DNA of 61,254 nt, counting the filler, from Chloroflexota bacterium (GTDB lineage Bacteria > Chloroflexota > Chloroflexia > QHBQ01): assembly GCA_043754535.1 (NCBI GenBank). It is 6 parts of 6 records of this genome, joined end to end, with 100 filler letters (N's around TTAATTAATTAA, not from the genome) between each part and the next. Parts side by side here need not be neighbours in the genome. Positions count along the whole stretch, not along the records: positions 1 to 19,852 come from JAYUUN010000071.1; 5 more parts are not named here. One strand, written 5' to 3'. Positions 9,657 to 18,724 of the stretch are shown piece after piece; position 1 is the stretch's first letter, and every line of letters starts with the position of its first letter. The translations under genes and the position numbers were made by a program. The notes under the pieces are model-generated. The model was not told the DNA's origin. It saw nothing but the letters and a program-made list of their open reading frames with translations, and did not search any database.

Positions 9657-10961
9657 CTAGCCCTTGTTGGTCATTGGCAGCTTGAAGCGGCTGAGGAAAC
9701 CACCGCTCTGTTGCTGGGGGGGCTGCTCCTGTTGCTTCTTTGGTGGGGCAGGCTTATCCTTCTCTGCATTGGGGTCAACAAACTTGATCTCGCCGATGCG
9801 CTGGGCCATAGCGATCACGTTAGTGCTGAAGACGTTTTCGCGGGCCGATATCACTAGCGGTACCCCCTGGTTTACCGAGAGGGTGACGGCGCGGGGGTCG
9901 CTAGCCAGGCTGAAGTCTACCTTGTGGCGCAGGCTATCCTCCACGTTCTCTACTGGGATACCCATCTTGGCATCAGCACGGTTGAGAACGAGCATAATCT
10001 TCTCTGGTGGATAGCCGAGCTTGGAAGTCAGTTCGAGGTAAATCTTGATGTTCTTGATGCTAGGCATCTCCAACGTCATCACCAGCAGTATGCGGTCCGC
10101 CATATCAGTGAGGGCAAGGGTAGCAGGGCTGAAGTTGGGGGCGGTATCGATAATGATGTAATCGAAAGACTTTCGCATCTGAGCCAGGATGATCCGCAGC
10201 GCATCCTCGGTGATCGACTCTGAAAGCTCCGGCTGGGTGGGGGCGAGTAGCACCTTGACCCCGCTAGAGTGCGTCACCAGCACGTCGCTGAGTAGCTCAT
10301 CTTCCATGTGGTCAATGCGTGTCACCAGGTCGTAGACGGTCTTGTTGGAGAGAAGGTTGAGGGCCACCCCCACGTCGCCGAAGGTGAAGCTACCATCGAT
10401 CAGGGCAACCCGCTTGTTGGTAGCCTGTTTGAGAGCGACCGCCAGGTTGCAGGCAACCGTGGTGCGGCCCACCCCTCCCTTCGGGCTGAAGATGGTGAAC
10501 ACCCTCCCCATTGCGGCAGCGTCTTCGGCACTATTCTGGGTGTTCTGCGGCGCGTAGGAGACCAGCTTCTTGCGGCTAGTTTCCAAGCGGTAAACATCGC
10601 GCACGCTCTTGATCAACTCGTCAGTACTCATCGGCTTGGTCAGGAAGCCCCTCGCCCCGGCCAGCATTGAACGGCGCAGGTAGTCTTGCTCACCCTGCAC
10701 CGACATCATGATCACGGCAATACCCGGCAGTTCGCTGGTAATTAGCTCGGTCGCCTGGATACCGTCCATATCGGGCATATTGATGTCCATCAACACCACA
10801 TCGGGGTGGAGGGTGCGGCACATCTCCACCCCCTCACGCCCATTGGTCGCAGTGCCGACTACCTCGATATCGCGCTCGAACATGAAATACTTACTCACGT
10901 TGTCGCGGGTTTCAGCGATGTCGTCTACGACGAGTACCCGAATCTTGTTCTGGCCTTCCAT
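9657..10961 (-). CDS. cpaE: CpaE/TadZ: receiver domain plus MinD/ParA-like ATPase
   Basis: N-terminal REC domain (VVDD, VLMDINMP, FLTKP); SPKGGVGRTT and IIIDT motifs. Confidence 0.88.
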   Translation of the reverse strand: MEGQNKIRVLVVDDIAETRDNVSKYFMFERDIEVVGTATNGREGVEMCRTLHPDVVLMDINMPDMDGIQATELITSELPGIAVIMMSVQGEQDYLRRSMLAGARGFLTKPMSTDELIKSVRDVYRLETSRKKLVSYAPQNTQNSAEDAAAMGRVFTIFSPKGGVGRTTVACNLAVALKQATNKRVALIDGSFTFGDVGVALNLLSNKTVYDLVTRIDHMEDELLSDVLVTHSSGVKVLLAPTQPELSESITEDALRIILAQMRKSFDYIIIDTAPNFSPATLALTDMADRILLVMTLEMPSIKNIKIYLELTSKLGYPPEKIMLVLNRADAKMGIPVENVEDSLRHKVDFSLASDPRAVTLSVNQGVPLVISARENVFSTNVIAMAQRIGEIKFVDPNAEKDKPAPPKKQQEQPPQQQSGGFLSRFKLPMTNKG

Positions 10962-11026
10962 AACGTCCGTTCCTTCGCAGGTAAGCTAATCTGTTGGGCG
11001 ATAAGCCCGCTCCCGCCCGACTGAGG

Positions 11027-11989
11027 CTAAGGGGTGGGGGTTGGCTGCTGAATGACCAGCAGGTTGGGAGCCTTCATGCCATACTTCTCGACCAGGGTTA
11101 GAGCGTCCACGCCGCTCAATGCACCAGGGGTGCCAGAGAGGACGGGGAAGGTGGCTGTATCCTTGCTGTTCCGCAGGGTAAGGCTCATGCCGCCAGGGCC
11201 GTTCTGGTAGTTGCACTGGCCGCTGGGTTGGCAGGCGAACAGGTCACGCATATACTTGATGATCTCAGCCTGCTCTGGGTTCACGTCCAACAGCAGCAAG
11301 ATAGTTTGCGCTGCGTCAGTAGCGTGGCGGGGGCTGGCTTTCGGGTCAGGCGGCACTGGTAGCTGGATTACGCGCACCACGCGGATCGCTTGCAAGATCG
11401 TCTTGGTGCCTAGCTGCGGCTTGATCAGCGACGGCTGCTGAGCGGTAGTTTGGCCGGGAACGCTGGTTGGGGTCGTTTCCTTCAAGTCGAAGTAGACCGA
11501 AAAGAGGATGTCGACCAGGTCGCCGTCAGTGACCAGTCCACCTACGCCCGTTTCGTCTCCTACAGGCAGGGCGATCAGACGGTGGGTGTTGCTGATCGTC
11601 GGGGTGCTGTTCGGCTCAACGGTGGGGATGAAGCTGCTCATGCCGGGGTCAGTCACCTGATCCTCACGCACAGTTGACCCCTTGTAGAGCGGTACTCGGC
11701 TCATCTTGCCGAAGATGGTGGTCGAACCGGTACCAGCCGCAGTGTTGATGAAGCCCTTGTTCTTGATCTGGTCGCTATCCACCTGTATCTTTGCAAACAG
11801 GTCGGGGGTGAGAATGGTAAACGACGGGATGGTATCAACTGGCTGGTAGACAGTCACCTGGGGGGCAACCTGAACGGTGTTGGTACTGGCGGTATTGGCC
11901 TGGCTGGTCAGGTAAAACACGGCACCGACTACCCCGACTGCGATTAGCAGCAGGACGATGATGCCGATTGGTGATCTACGCTTCCGCAT
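11027..11989 (-). CDS. cpaB: CpaB/RcpC-family Flp pilus assembly protein
   Basis: N-terminal TM, SAF-like segment, GVGGLVTDGDLVDIL, TKTILQAIRVV and LDVNPEQAE; first gene of the tad cluster. Confidence 0.75.
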   Translation of the reverse strand: MRKRRSPIGIIVLLLIAVGVVGAVFYLTSQANTASTNTVQVAPQVTVYQPVDTIPSFTILTPDLFAKIQVDSDQIKNKGFINTAAGTGSTTIFGKMSRVPLYKGSTVREDQVTDPGMSSFIPTVEPNSTPTISNTHRLIALPVGDETGVGGLVTDGDLVDILFSVYFDLKETTPTSVPGQTTAQQPSLIKPQLGTKTILQAIRVVRVIQLPVPPDPKASPRHATDAAQTILLLLDVNPEQAEIIKYMRDLFACQPSGQCNYQNGPGGMSLTLRNSKDTATFPVLSGTPGALSGVDALTLVEKYGMKAPNLLVIQQPTPTP

Positions 11990-12013
11990 AGAGTTCCTTC
12001 CTCCTCATGATTT

Positions 12014-12041
12014 ATTATAGCACAGGTGGGCCGCTTTGCAA
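12014..12041 (-). promoter_or_regulatory. Promoter of the tad cluster
   Basis: Minus strand TTGCAA-N16-TATAAT with extended TG. Confidence 0.55.
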
Positions 12042-12209
12042 AGTGGCAACCTCTAGCTGCCGACAGGCATTGGGGAATCTGGTCGCACCTGTGACCCTGC
12101 TACGATTATAGACCTAGAGGTACGGTAGGCACAATAGGAAAAAGGTACTGATCTATGTCAAGTTGCGTCTTTATCCTGTCTGCGTGGGTGGGCTACGGCG
12201 TGGGTGAAA

Positions 12210-12238
12210 TTGCCCGCAAGCCACAGCCGTGCTATAAT
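12210..12238 (+). promoter_or_regulatory. Promoter of the 12301 gene
   Basis: TTGCCC-N17-TATAAT with extended TGc. Confidence 0.6.
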
Positions 12239-12300
12239 CATGCTGCAAGGCGTAGCAGCGCAACCACAGGATGCTGGTTTGCTGGCGAAAGGAGCAGGCG

Positions 12301-13521
12301 ATGAGTTTCTTCTTTGAGGGCATGGTGCTGGATGCAAAGAGCGGGCAGCCGCTAGCGGGCGCAAAAGTTTACCTCGCAGGGAGCCAGGCGACGCTGGGTG
12401 AAGTGCCGGGGGCAGTCGCCACTGGTAAGGCGTTTAGCTGGACGAAGCTACTGCCCGGTAGTGCCGTAGGTGCGCCACCCAATAACTACCGCTATGCCGC
12501 CTACGCCGCCCTGGTGCAGCCGACGATCAGCGTGGCAGAGCTAACCTTCCCCACCTTCCGCGATCTAGTGCTTGACCGCAACCCCGAACTGGCCGCTGAT
12601 GGCAACCTCTTTCAGCCAAACAAGGTCTACCTGCTGCCAACCAAGGAGAACGGCCCAGAGTTTGTGCTTGAGGCAGAGACGAATGAGGCGGGGGCGTTCA
12701 GCTTCTCTGGCCTGAGCCAGAGCGGAGCTTACGGCTTTGAGGCGGAGAAGGAGGGCTACCAAAACTACTTCGCCTCCAGTTCGGTCTTTGACAGCATGAT
12801 TACCCAGCCCCAGGCGAGCATAGAACTGAGCCTACGCCTCACCAAGCTGCCACCCGCCGCGCCTGCGTTGCGGATTAACTCGACTGAACCCAACTTCGCC
12901 AGTCTACCAGCTGCGGTGCAGAAGTTTGTGCAGTGCGCCCTCCTGCTGATCACCGACAATGAGGCGAAAGCATACGACTACCTGCCCCAGCTTGCGCCCC
13001 AACTGGTGGGGATGCCCTACGGCGCAGTCAGTAACAAGTTTGACAAGGATTTCGTTTGCGCCGACCTGCCGAGCATCTGCTACGCTTACGCCTTCGGCCA
13101 CGCCCCCAACTGGCGGTCGCTCAACCCAGAGGATGGCAACCCGCAGAACCCCCACCAGGCTAACTTCTACCTACCTGGCGGGCAGAACGGTGACCATCTT
13201 GCCACCATTGGCGGGCCGGTTAGTAGCGACGGCAATCTACGGGGCGACGATTGGAAGCTGGGCGACCTGATCCTCTACGGTCAGACGGCAGGGGGGCGAG
13301 CGACCCACGTCAACGTCTATGTTGGCACCTTCTTCGGCACCGACCTCGACAACAAGCAGCAGGACAGGCGCACTATCCCCTCGGTGGTCAATTCCAGCAT
13401 GAATGTGGGTGACGACAGCATCAGCCGGGGCATCCTCGTCTTTGACCTGCTGGGAGCCGCCCGCCCACAGTTCGCGGGCCGCTGGGCGCAGCACGTGCGG
13501 ATATCGGATTTGTGGCGGTGA
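12301..13521 (+). CDS. Hypothetical protein: split carboxypeptidase-regulatory-like beta-sandwich with LysM-like insert and C-terminal NlpC/P60-like domain
   Basis: ATG 12301 with AAGGAG SD. GMVLDAKSGQPLAGAKV...TNEAGAFSFSGL...AEKEGY; NPELAADGNLFQPNKVYLLP; FVCADL, GDLILY and HVNVYVG. Confidence 0.55.
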   Translation: MSFFFEGMVLDAKSGQPLAGAKVYLAGSQATLGEVPGAVATGKAFSWTKLLPGSAVGAPPNNYRYAAYAALVQPTISVAELTFPTFRDLVLDRNPELAADGNLFQPNKVYLLPTKENGPEFVLEAETNEAGAFSFSGLSQSGAYGFEAEKEGYQNYFASSSVFDSMITQPQASIELSLRLTKLPPAAPALRINSTEPNFASLPAAVQKFVQCALLLITDNEAKAYDYLPQLAPQLVGMPYGAVSNKFDKDFVCADLPSICYAYAFGHAPNWRSLNPEDGNPQNPHQANFYLPGGQNGDHLATIGGPVSSDGNLRGDDWKLGDLILYGQTAGGRATHVNVYVGTFFGTDLDNKQQDRRTIPSVVNSSMNVGDDSISRGILVFDLLGAARPQFAGRWAQHVRISDLWR

Positions 13522-13695
13522 TCGCTGCCCAGTTAGGTGCTGTCCTGTCGCAGCGTGAAGGCAGATGAGGGTGAGGAGCCGAGCGGCATAAGTGGGCTTC
13601 TCCGTGAGTTCGGCGTGTGCAACCGCGCATCCGCTGCGCCAAACTGCAAGCGGATGACCTCCGCCAACCCCGAACAGTTGTCGGGTAGCAGATAG

Positions 13696-13724
13696 TTGCA
13701 TTTCGTTCGCCTTTGTTGTACAAT
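13696..13724 (+). promoter_or_regulatory. Promoter of dinG
   Basis: TTGCAT-N17-TACAAT. Confidence 0.55.
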
Positions 13725-13777
13725 TGCGCTTAGCGTTAATCCAATTCTAATGTTCTAGATTAGGAAACCCCCTGCGC

Positions 13778-16687
13778 GTGTCGAAGTCAAGAGTGTACGT
13801 CGCCCTGGATACAGAGACGACTGGGGTCGGGGCCGAGAGCAACGACGTGATCGAGATAGCCGCGATCAAGTTCAGCGGCGACGAGGTGCTGGATCGCTGG
13901 CACAGCCTGGTTAAACCCGCGAACCCGATCACCTTCAAGGTGACACAACTAACCAGCATTACCCAACGCGATGTGGAGCGCGCCCCACTGATCCACTCGC
14001 TGGCCCTGCCGCTACTGCGCTTCATTGGTAGTGCGCCGATAGTCGGCCAATCTATTGAGTTCGACCTGCAAGCCCTGGCCGCAGGCAACATCCGCCCCCG
14101 AGTGCCAGCTTACGACACCTTCGAGCTAGCCACCCTATTGCTCCCCCAACTGCCCTTCTACAACCTGGCTGCCATCGCCGCCGCTCTGGGCATTGCCCAC
14201 CCTGCCGCACATCGGGCAATGGCTGACGCAGAGGTGACAATGGCCGTCTTCCGCGCCCTCTTGCAGCGCATGGACGAGATCAGCCTGGCAGTGCTGACCG
14301 AGATCAACCGCGCCACCAGCGGGCTGAATTGGCCGCTGCGTAGCCTCTTTGTCGAGGCCGAGCAAGAGAAGATGCGCAACTCCTTCAGCCTGCCCAACAA
14401 TAGCATCCGTGAGGCTTTGCTGGCAAAGGGAGTGGGAGAGACTACGTTGGAGATGGGGCTATTGCAGCAACCCGACGTTGCCCCGCCGCTAGAGGCGACC
14501 GAGTACGTAGAGCAGGTCGATGCGGATGAGATCGCTGCCTTGCTCGCTGTCGATGGCCCGCTTGCTCGCGTCAATCGGGAGTACGAGTACCGCCCGCAGC
14601 AGGTGGCAATGGCCCGCGCTGTGGTCGAAGCCTTCAATGCGGGACGACACCTGCTGGTCGAGGCTGGCACTGGCACTGGCAAGAGCATGGCTTACCTGCT
14701 ACCCGCCATTGACTTTGCCCTGAAGAACGGCCAACGGGTAGTGGTTAGCACCAACACGATCAACTTGCAAGAGCAATTGCACCTCAAAGACCTGCCCGCC
14801 CTGCAATCCACTCTCGCCGACTACTACACGCCGGTTGAGGTGGGGGCGGGCGGCAAAAGGAAGCGGTGGCAGCGAGCCGAGCCAGTAGCCTTCCGCACTG
14901 GGCTGGTCAAGGGGCGCACCAACTACCTCTGCCTGCGCCGCTGGGCGGGCTTCCGTCAGGCCCCGAACCTGACCGCCGAGGAGATCAAGGTGCTAATCAA
15001 GGGGCTGATCTGGTTGCCGACAACTGCGACGGGCGACCGGGCCGAACTGCTGCTCTTGGGGCAGGAGCAGGCCGCCTGGCAGCGGGTCTGTGCTACTGCG
15101 GATAGCTGTGACCAGGACGATTGCGCCACCCAGAACGGCCTCTGCTTCCTGCGACGCACCTATGCCCACGCTGAAGCCGCCCATATCGTCGTTGTCAACC
15201 ACGCCCTGCTGCTTGCCGATCTCGCCAACGGTGGCTCGATCCTGCCAGAGTACGACCACCTGATCATTGACGAGGCGCACAACCTGGAAGACCAGGCGAC
15301 CGAGCAATTGGGCTACAACGTGGACGAGCGTAAGATTACTATGCACGTGGACGCACTGGCTCGCCGCAACGAGCGAGGCGACGAGGTGCATGGCCTGGTT
15401 GCCAGCCTGCGGCGAGTAGCGAAGAAGCTGCCTCAGGAACAGCAGGAGGGCGCAGAAGTAGTGTTCACCCGCCTGCAAGACGACAGCTTCACCGTCCGCG
15501 AGATGGTAGACAAGCTGTTCGGCTGCCTGACCCACTTCATCAACACGCACGGCCCCGACCACAGCGGCGACACCCGCCTGCGCCTGATCCCCGAAGTGCG
15601 CCACCAGCCCGCCTGGAGCGAAGTAGAATCCTGCTGGCTACCGCTGCACGAGCGGCTGATCAACATTGAAGACGGCCTGGGGCGAATTAAGTACTTGTTG
15701 GAGGGCAGCCTGGAGCGCGGTAGAGGGGGAGACCTGACCGCTAACGAACTAAAGTCGCTCAGTGCAGCCAACCGCGAACTGCGTACCCGCCTGGATGCGC
15801 TGATCACCAACGGCCATCCGGAGGAGGTCTATTGGCTAGCGACTACCGCCCGCAACAACGAGATCGTGCTGCATTGCGCCCCGCTCAACGTGGGCGACAT
15901 CCTGCGCGAGACCCTGTTCGAGAAGAGAAGTGTGATCCTGGCCTCGGCTACCCTCAGCACCAACGACAACTTTAACTACATTCGCGGGCGGCTCGGCCTC
16001 GACAACCCAGAGGCGCGGGTGGATGAGCTAATCGTTGGCTCGCCCTTCGACTACCAGCGGGCCGCCCTGCTCTACCTGCCTACCGATATGCCAGAGCCAG
16101 GCGAACAGGGCTACCAGAAGGCCTTGGAGCAATCGCTGCTAGAGCTTTGCATCGCCACCGGGGGGCGGGCTATGGTGCTGTTCACCAGCCACAGCGCGCT
16201 GAAGCTGACCTACAAGGGTTTGCAGCGCAAGCTCGAAGCCCAGGGTATCATGCTGCTCGGTCACAACATAGATGGCAACCGACGGCAGGTGCTAGAACGC
16301 TTCAAGGCCAACGAACGGGCCGTGCTGCTCGGCACTGCCAGCTTCTGGGAGGGGGTGGACGGGGTGGGCGATGCGCTCAGCGTCCTCGCTATCGCCAAAT
16401 TGCCATTCGCTGTCCCCAGCGACCCCATCGTAGCCAGCCGCAGCGAACTGTTCCGCGACGCATTCCACGAGTACAGCGTGCCGCAAGCGGTGCTGAAGCT
16501 GAAGCAAGGCTTTGGGCGGCTGATACGCAGCCAGACTGATCGGGGGGTAGTCGCTATCCTAGATCGGCGGCTGACTAGCAAAGGCTACGGCGCGACCTTC
16601 CTTGCCAGCCTACCCCCCTGCCACATCGAGCGCGACCGCCTCGCCTACCTGCCTACGAGGGCAGCAGCGTGGCTGAAGGGGGAATAA
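13778..16687 (+). CDS. dinG: DnaQ-like exonuclease fused to DinG-family helicase
   Basis: DEDDh motifs ALDTETTG and HRAMADA; Q-motif YRPQQ; EAGTGTGKS; IIDEAH; Cys residues in the FeS region; FWEGVD; KQGFGRLIRS. Confidence 0.93.
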   Translation: MSKSRVYVALDTETTGVGAESNDVIEIAAIKFSGDEVLDRWHSLVKPANPITFKVTQLTSITQRDVERAPLIHSLALPLLRFIGSAPIVGQSIEFDLQALAAGNIRPRVPAYDTFELATLLLPQLPFYNLAAIAAALGIAHPAAHRAMADAEVTMAVFRALLQRMDEISLAVLTEINRATSGLNWPLRSLFVEAEQEKMRNSFSLPNNSIREALLAKGVGETTLEMGLLQQPDVAPPLEATEYVEQVDADEIAALLAVDGPLARVNREYEYRPQQVAMARAVVEAFNAGRHLLVEAGTGTGKSMAYLLPAIDFALKNGQRVVVSTNTINLQEQLHLKDLPALQSTLADYYTPVEVGAGGKRKRWQRAEPVAFRTGLVKGRTNYLCLRRWAGFRQAPNLTAEEIKVLIKGLIWLPTTATGDRAELLLLGQEQAAWQRVCATADSCDQDDCATQNGLCFLRRTYAHAEAAHIVVVNHALLLADLANGGSILPEYDHLIIDEAHNLEDQATEQLGYNVDERKITMHVDALARRNERGDEVHGLVASLRRVAKKLPQEQQEGAEVVFTRLQDDSFTVREMVDKLFGCLTHFINTHGPDHSGDTRLRLIPEVRHQPAWSEVESCWLPLHERLINIEDGLGRIKYLLEGSLERGRGGDLTANELKSLSAANRELRTRLDALITNGHPEEVYWLATTARNNEIVLHCAPLNVGDILRETLFEKRSVILASATLSTNDNFNYIRGRLGLDNPEARVDELIVGSPFDYQRAALLYLPTDMPEPGEQGYQKALEQSLLELCIATGGRAMVLFTSHSALKLTYKGLQRKLEAQGIMLLGHNIDGNRRQVLERFKANERAVLLGTASFWEGVDGVGDALSVLAIAKLPFAVPSDPIVASRSELFRDAFHEYSVPQAVLKLKQGFGRLIRSQTDRGVVAILDRRLTSKGYGATFLASLPPCHIERDRLAYLPTRAAAWLKGE

Positions 16688-16693
16688 CCAGGC

Positions 16694-17539
16694 CTAAGCA
16701 CAGACGGCCCGCACTAGCAGTACCTCGTTCTTTAGTACCACGCCACCATCATCGGCGGGATGTTGGTTGAAGAACTGCACCATCGCGGCGCGCATAGCGG
16801 CCTGCACCTCTAGCGGCTGCTTGTAGTAGAAGGGTCGCAGAGTGCCAGTGCCGTTGAACATTGCATCGCTGGCAGCCTCGGCGTTGGCAAAGTGCCAGTC
16901 GTGCCGCACAAACTGGTAGCCGATCTTGCTGAAACCTGCCGCAGTGAACAACTGCTCATGCAGAGCAGGATCGCCCATGTCCCACAGGCCTGGTGTGCCT
17001 GGGCGCGGCGGCCCAGCCCAGGGCGCGACCACTGCGGCAGTGCCAGCCAGTTCGCAGCGGCTAGCCTCGGCCCAGACCGCGACCGCTATCACTCCACCTG
17101 CGACTAGCGTATGGTGCATCCCCTTCAGCATTGCCAGCTTGTCTGGCACGTACATCAGGCCCAGTTGGCTAAGGGCCACGCGGAAGGCAGAGGGGGGTAG
17201 GTGGCTGGGTAGCTCCTCCGCGTCCGCTTCGATGAAGCTCACATTGCTGTAGCCACCTGCCTGCGCCCGCGCAATGTCGAGCAGATTGGCGGCGATGTCG
17301 CAGCCAACTACCCGCCCTGCCATGCCTACCCGACGGCGGGCAGCCAGAGCCACCACCCCACTGCCGGTCGCTACGTCCAACACCTGGTCACCCGGACGCA
17401 CCCCAGCGAAGCGCACCAGCTTGTCAGCCAGATCAGCGGTCAGGGTGCCAAGCTGCCCCGCCCAGTCAGCGGCGGCCTCATCCCAGCCCTTCTTCTCCCG
17501 CGCCTTGAAGCGGGCAGCATCAAATATCGCTTCTGCCAT
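16694..17539 (-). CDS. Class I SAM-dependent methyltransferase (UbiE-like)
   Basis: VLDVATGSG, GCDIA, EADAEEL and LGLMYVPD. Confidence 0.88.
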   Translation of the reverse strand: MAEAIFDAARFKAREKKGWDEAAADWAGQLGTLTADLADKLVRFAGVRPGDQVLDVATGSGVVALAARRRVGMAGRVVGCDIAANLLDIARAQAGGYSNVSFIEADAEELPSHLPPSAFRVALSQLGLMYVPDKLAMLKGMHHTLVAGGVIAVAVWAEASRCELAGTAAVVAPWAGPPRPGTPGLWDMGDPALHEQLFTAAGFSKIGYQFVRHDWHFANAEAASDAMFNGTGTLRPFYYKQPLEVQAAMRAAMVQFFNQHPADDGGVVLKNEVLLVRAVCA

Positions 17540-18522
17540 AATCCCCCCTCACCAGTCAGTTGGTCGAACGCAGCGGCAAACTGCGGGTTGTTCGCGCGCA
17601 GCCAGCTAAAGTCGGCATCGTCGCGGGCATAGCTGCCGTGATCGGGATCGTGCTGGATCGCCCGCGCAAGCTGGCTCAGGCTCTCTGCTGGCTCGTGCAG
17701 CAGTGCGTAGAGGCAGGCCAGGCCGTAGAGTGCATCGGGATGATTCGGTGCAAGCTCAAGCATCTGGCGATAGTCGCTCAATGCTGCTTCGTAGTTACCA
17801 CCCTCATAGTAGGTGTAGGCGATAGCACGGTTGAGGTAGTGAACTGGTTCAGTGGGGTTGAGTTCGATGGCCCGGCTGCTATCGCTCAGTTCCAGGTCGT
17901 GGCGACCAAGTTCGCTATAGGCGGCGGCCCGGTTCTGGTAAGCGAGGTCGCTGTTGGGGTTGAGTTCGATGGCACGGGTTGTGTCGGCCACCGCCTGCGC
18001 ATAGTTGCCAAGATGAAAGTGGTCGGCAGCACGGTTGATGTAAGCAGCGGCGTTGTCTGGCTCGCGACTGATTAGCTGGTCGTAGGCCGCGACTGAGAAG
18101 CTGTGATCCTCGTCACTGTGGGTGTCGCCGAGCAGCAGGCGGCTCAAAGCCAGCTTCTCGCGGGCCAGCTCGTAGGGTGGCGCAAGCTCTATTGCCCGCG
18201 CAAAGTCGGCAGCGGCCTCGCTGTAGGCTGCCAGGTTGAAGTGAGCCAGCCCACGATTGTAGTAGTGGCTAGCTACCTTTGGCTCAAGGGCGACCGCCTG
18301 GGCGAAGGCCGCGACCGCTTGCGCCGGATCGTCCAGCCCAATATAGGCGGCACCTTGATGCACGTAAGCCGCCGCATCGCTGGCATCGAGCGCAATTGCC
18401 CGCTCAAGGTCGGCCAGAGCCAGCGCGTAATCACCAGACTGGTTGTAGGCAGCGGCGCGCTCACGGTAGTTTAGTGCGTCCTCTGGCTCTAGCTGCTGCT
18501 TGTCTTCATGCTCCCTACTCAT
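17440..18522 (-). CDS. Tetratricopeptide repeat protein
   Basis: Many TPR units (AIELNP..AY.NR) and a terminal YGLACLYA...ARDDADFSWLR cap. The 3' end overlaps the next gene by 100 nt. Confidence 0.85.
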   Translation of the reverse strand: MSREHEDKQQLEPEDALNYRERAAAYNQSGDYALALADLERAIALDASDAAAYVHQGAAYIGLDDPAQAVAAFAQAVALEPKVASHYYNRGLAHFNLAAYSEAAADFARAIELAPPYELAREKLALSRLLLGDTHSDEDHSFSVAAYDQLISREPDNAAAYINRAADHFHLGNYAQAVADTTRAIELNPNSDLAYQNRAAAYSELGRHDLELSDSSRAIELNPTEPVHYLNRAIAYTYYEGGNYEAALSDYRQMLELAPNHPDALYGLACLYALLHEPAESLSQLARAIQHDPDHGSYARDDADFSWLRANNPQFAAAFDQLTGEGGLWQKRYLMLPASRRGRRRAGMRPPLTGRGSLAP

Positions 18523-18724
18523 CGTCGCCTCCTACGCCTATTATAGCACAGCCAATCACGGTCAGGGCTGGTTTAAGCAGGGGCCGCAAGCGCAACCTTC
18601 GTTGTTCCCCTGACTGCTCCTAGCAACTACCGCCAATGAGGTTGTGCAGGATTCCACAAAGAGATCGCTAATGTTGTATAATTACGCCAGCAGCCAGCCG
18701 ACTTTTGACAGCGAAGGGGTTTGT

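Noticed and set aside
13555..13630. T-box riboswitch
   Set aside because: No UGGN antiterminator bulge motif, no terminator, and the downstream gene is unrelated to amino acids.
13671..13684. CGAACAGTTGTCGG as a LexA box for dinG
   Set aside because: The right half deviates from GTTC and the site lies upstream of the -35 box; too weak.
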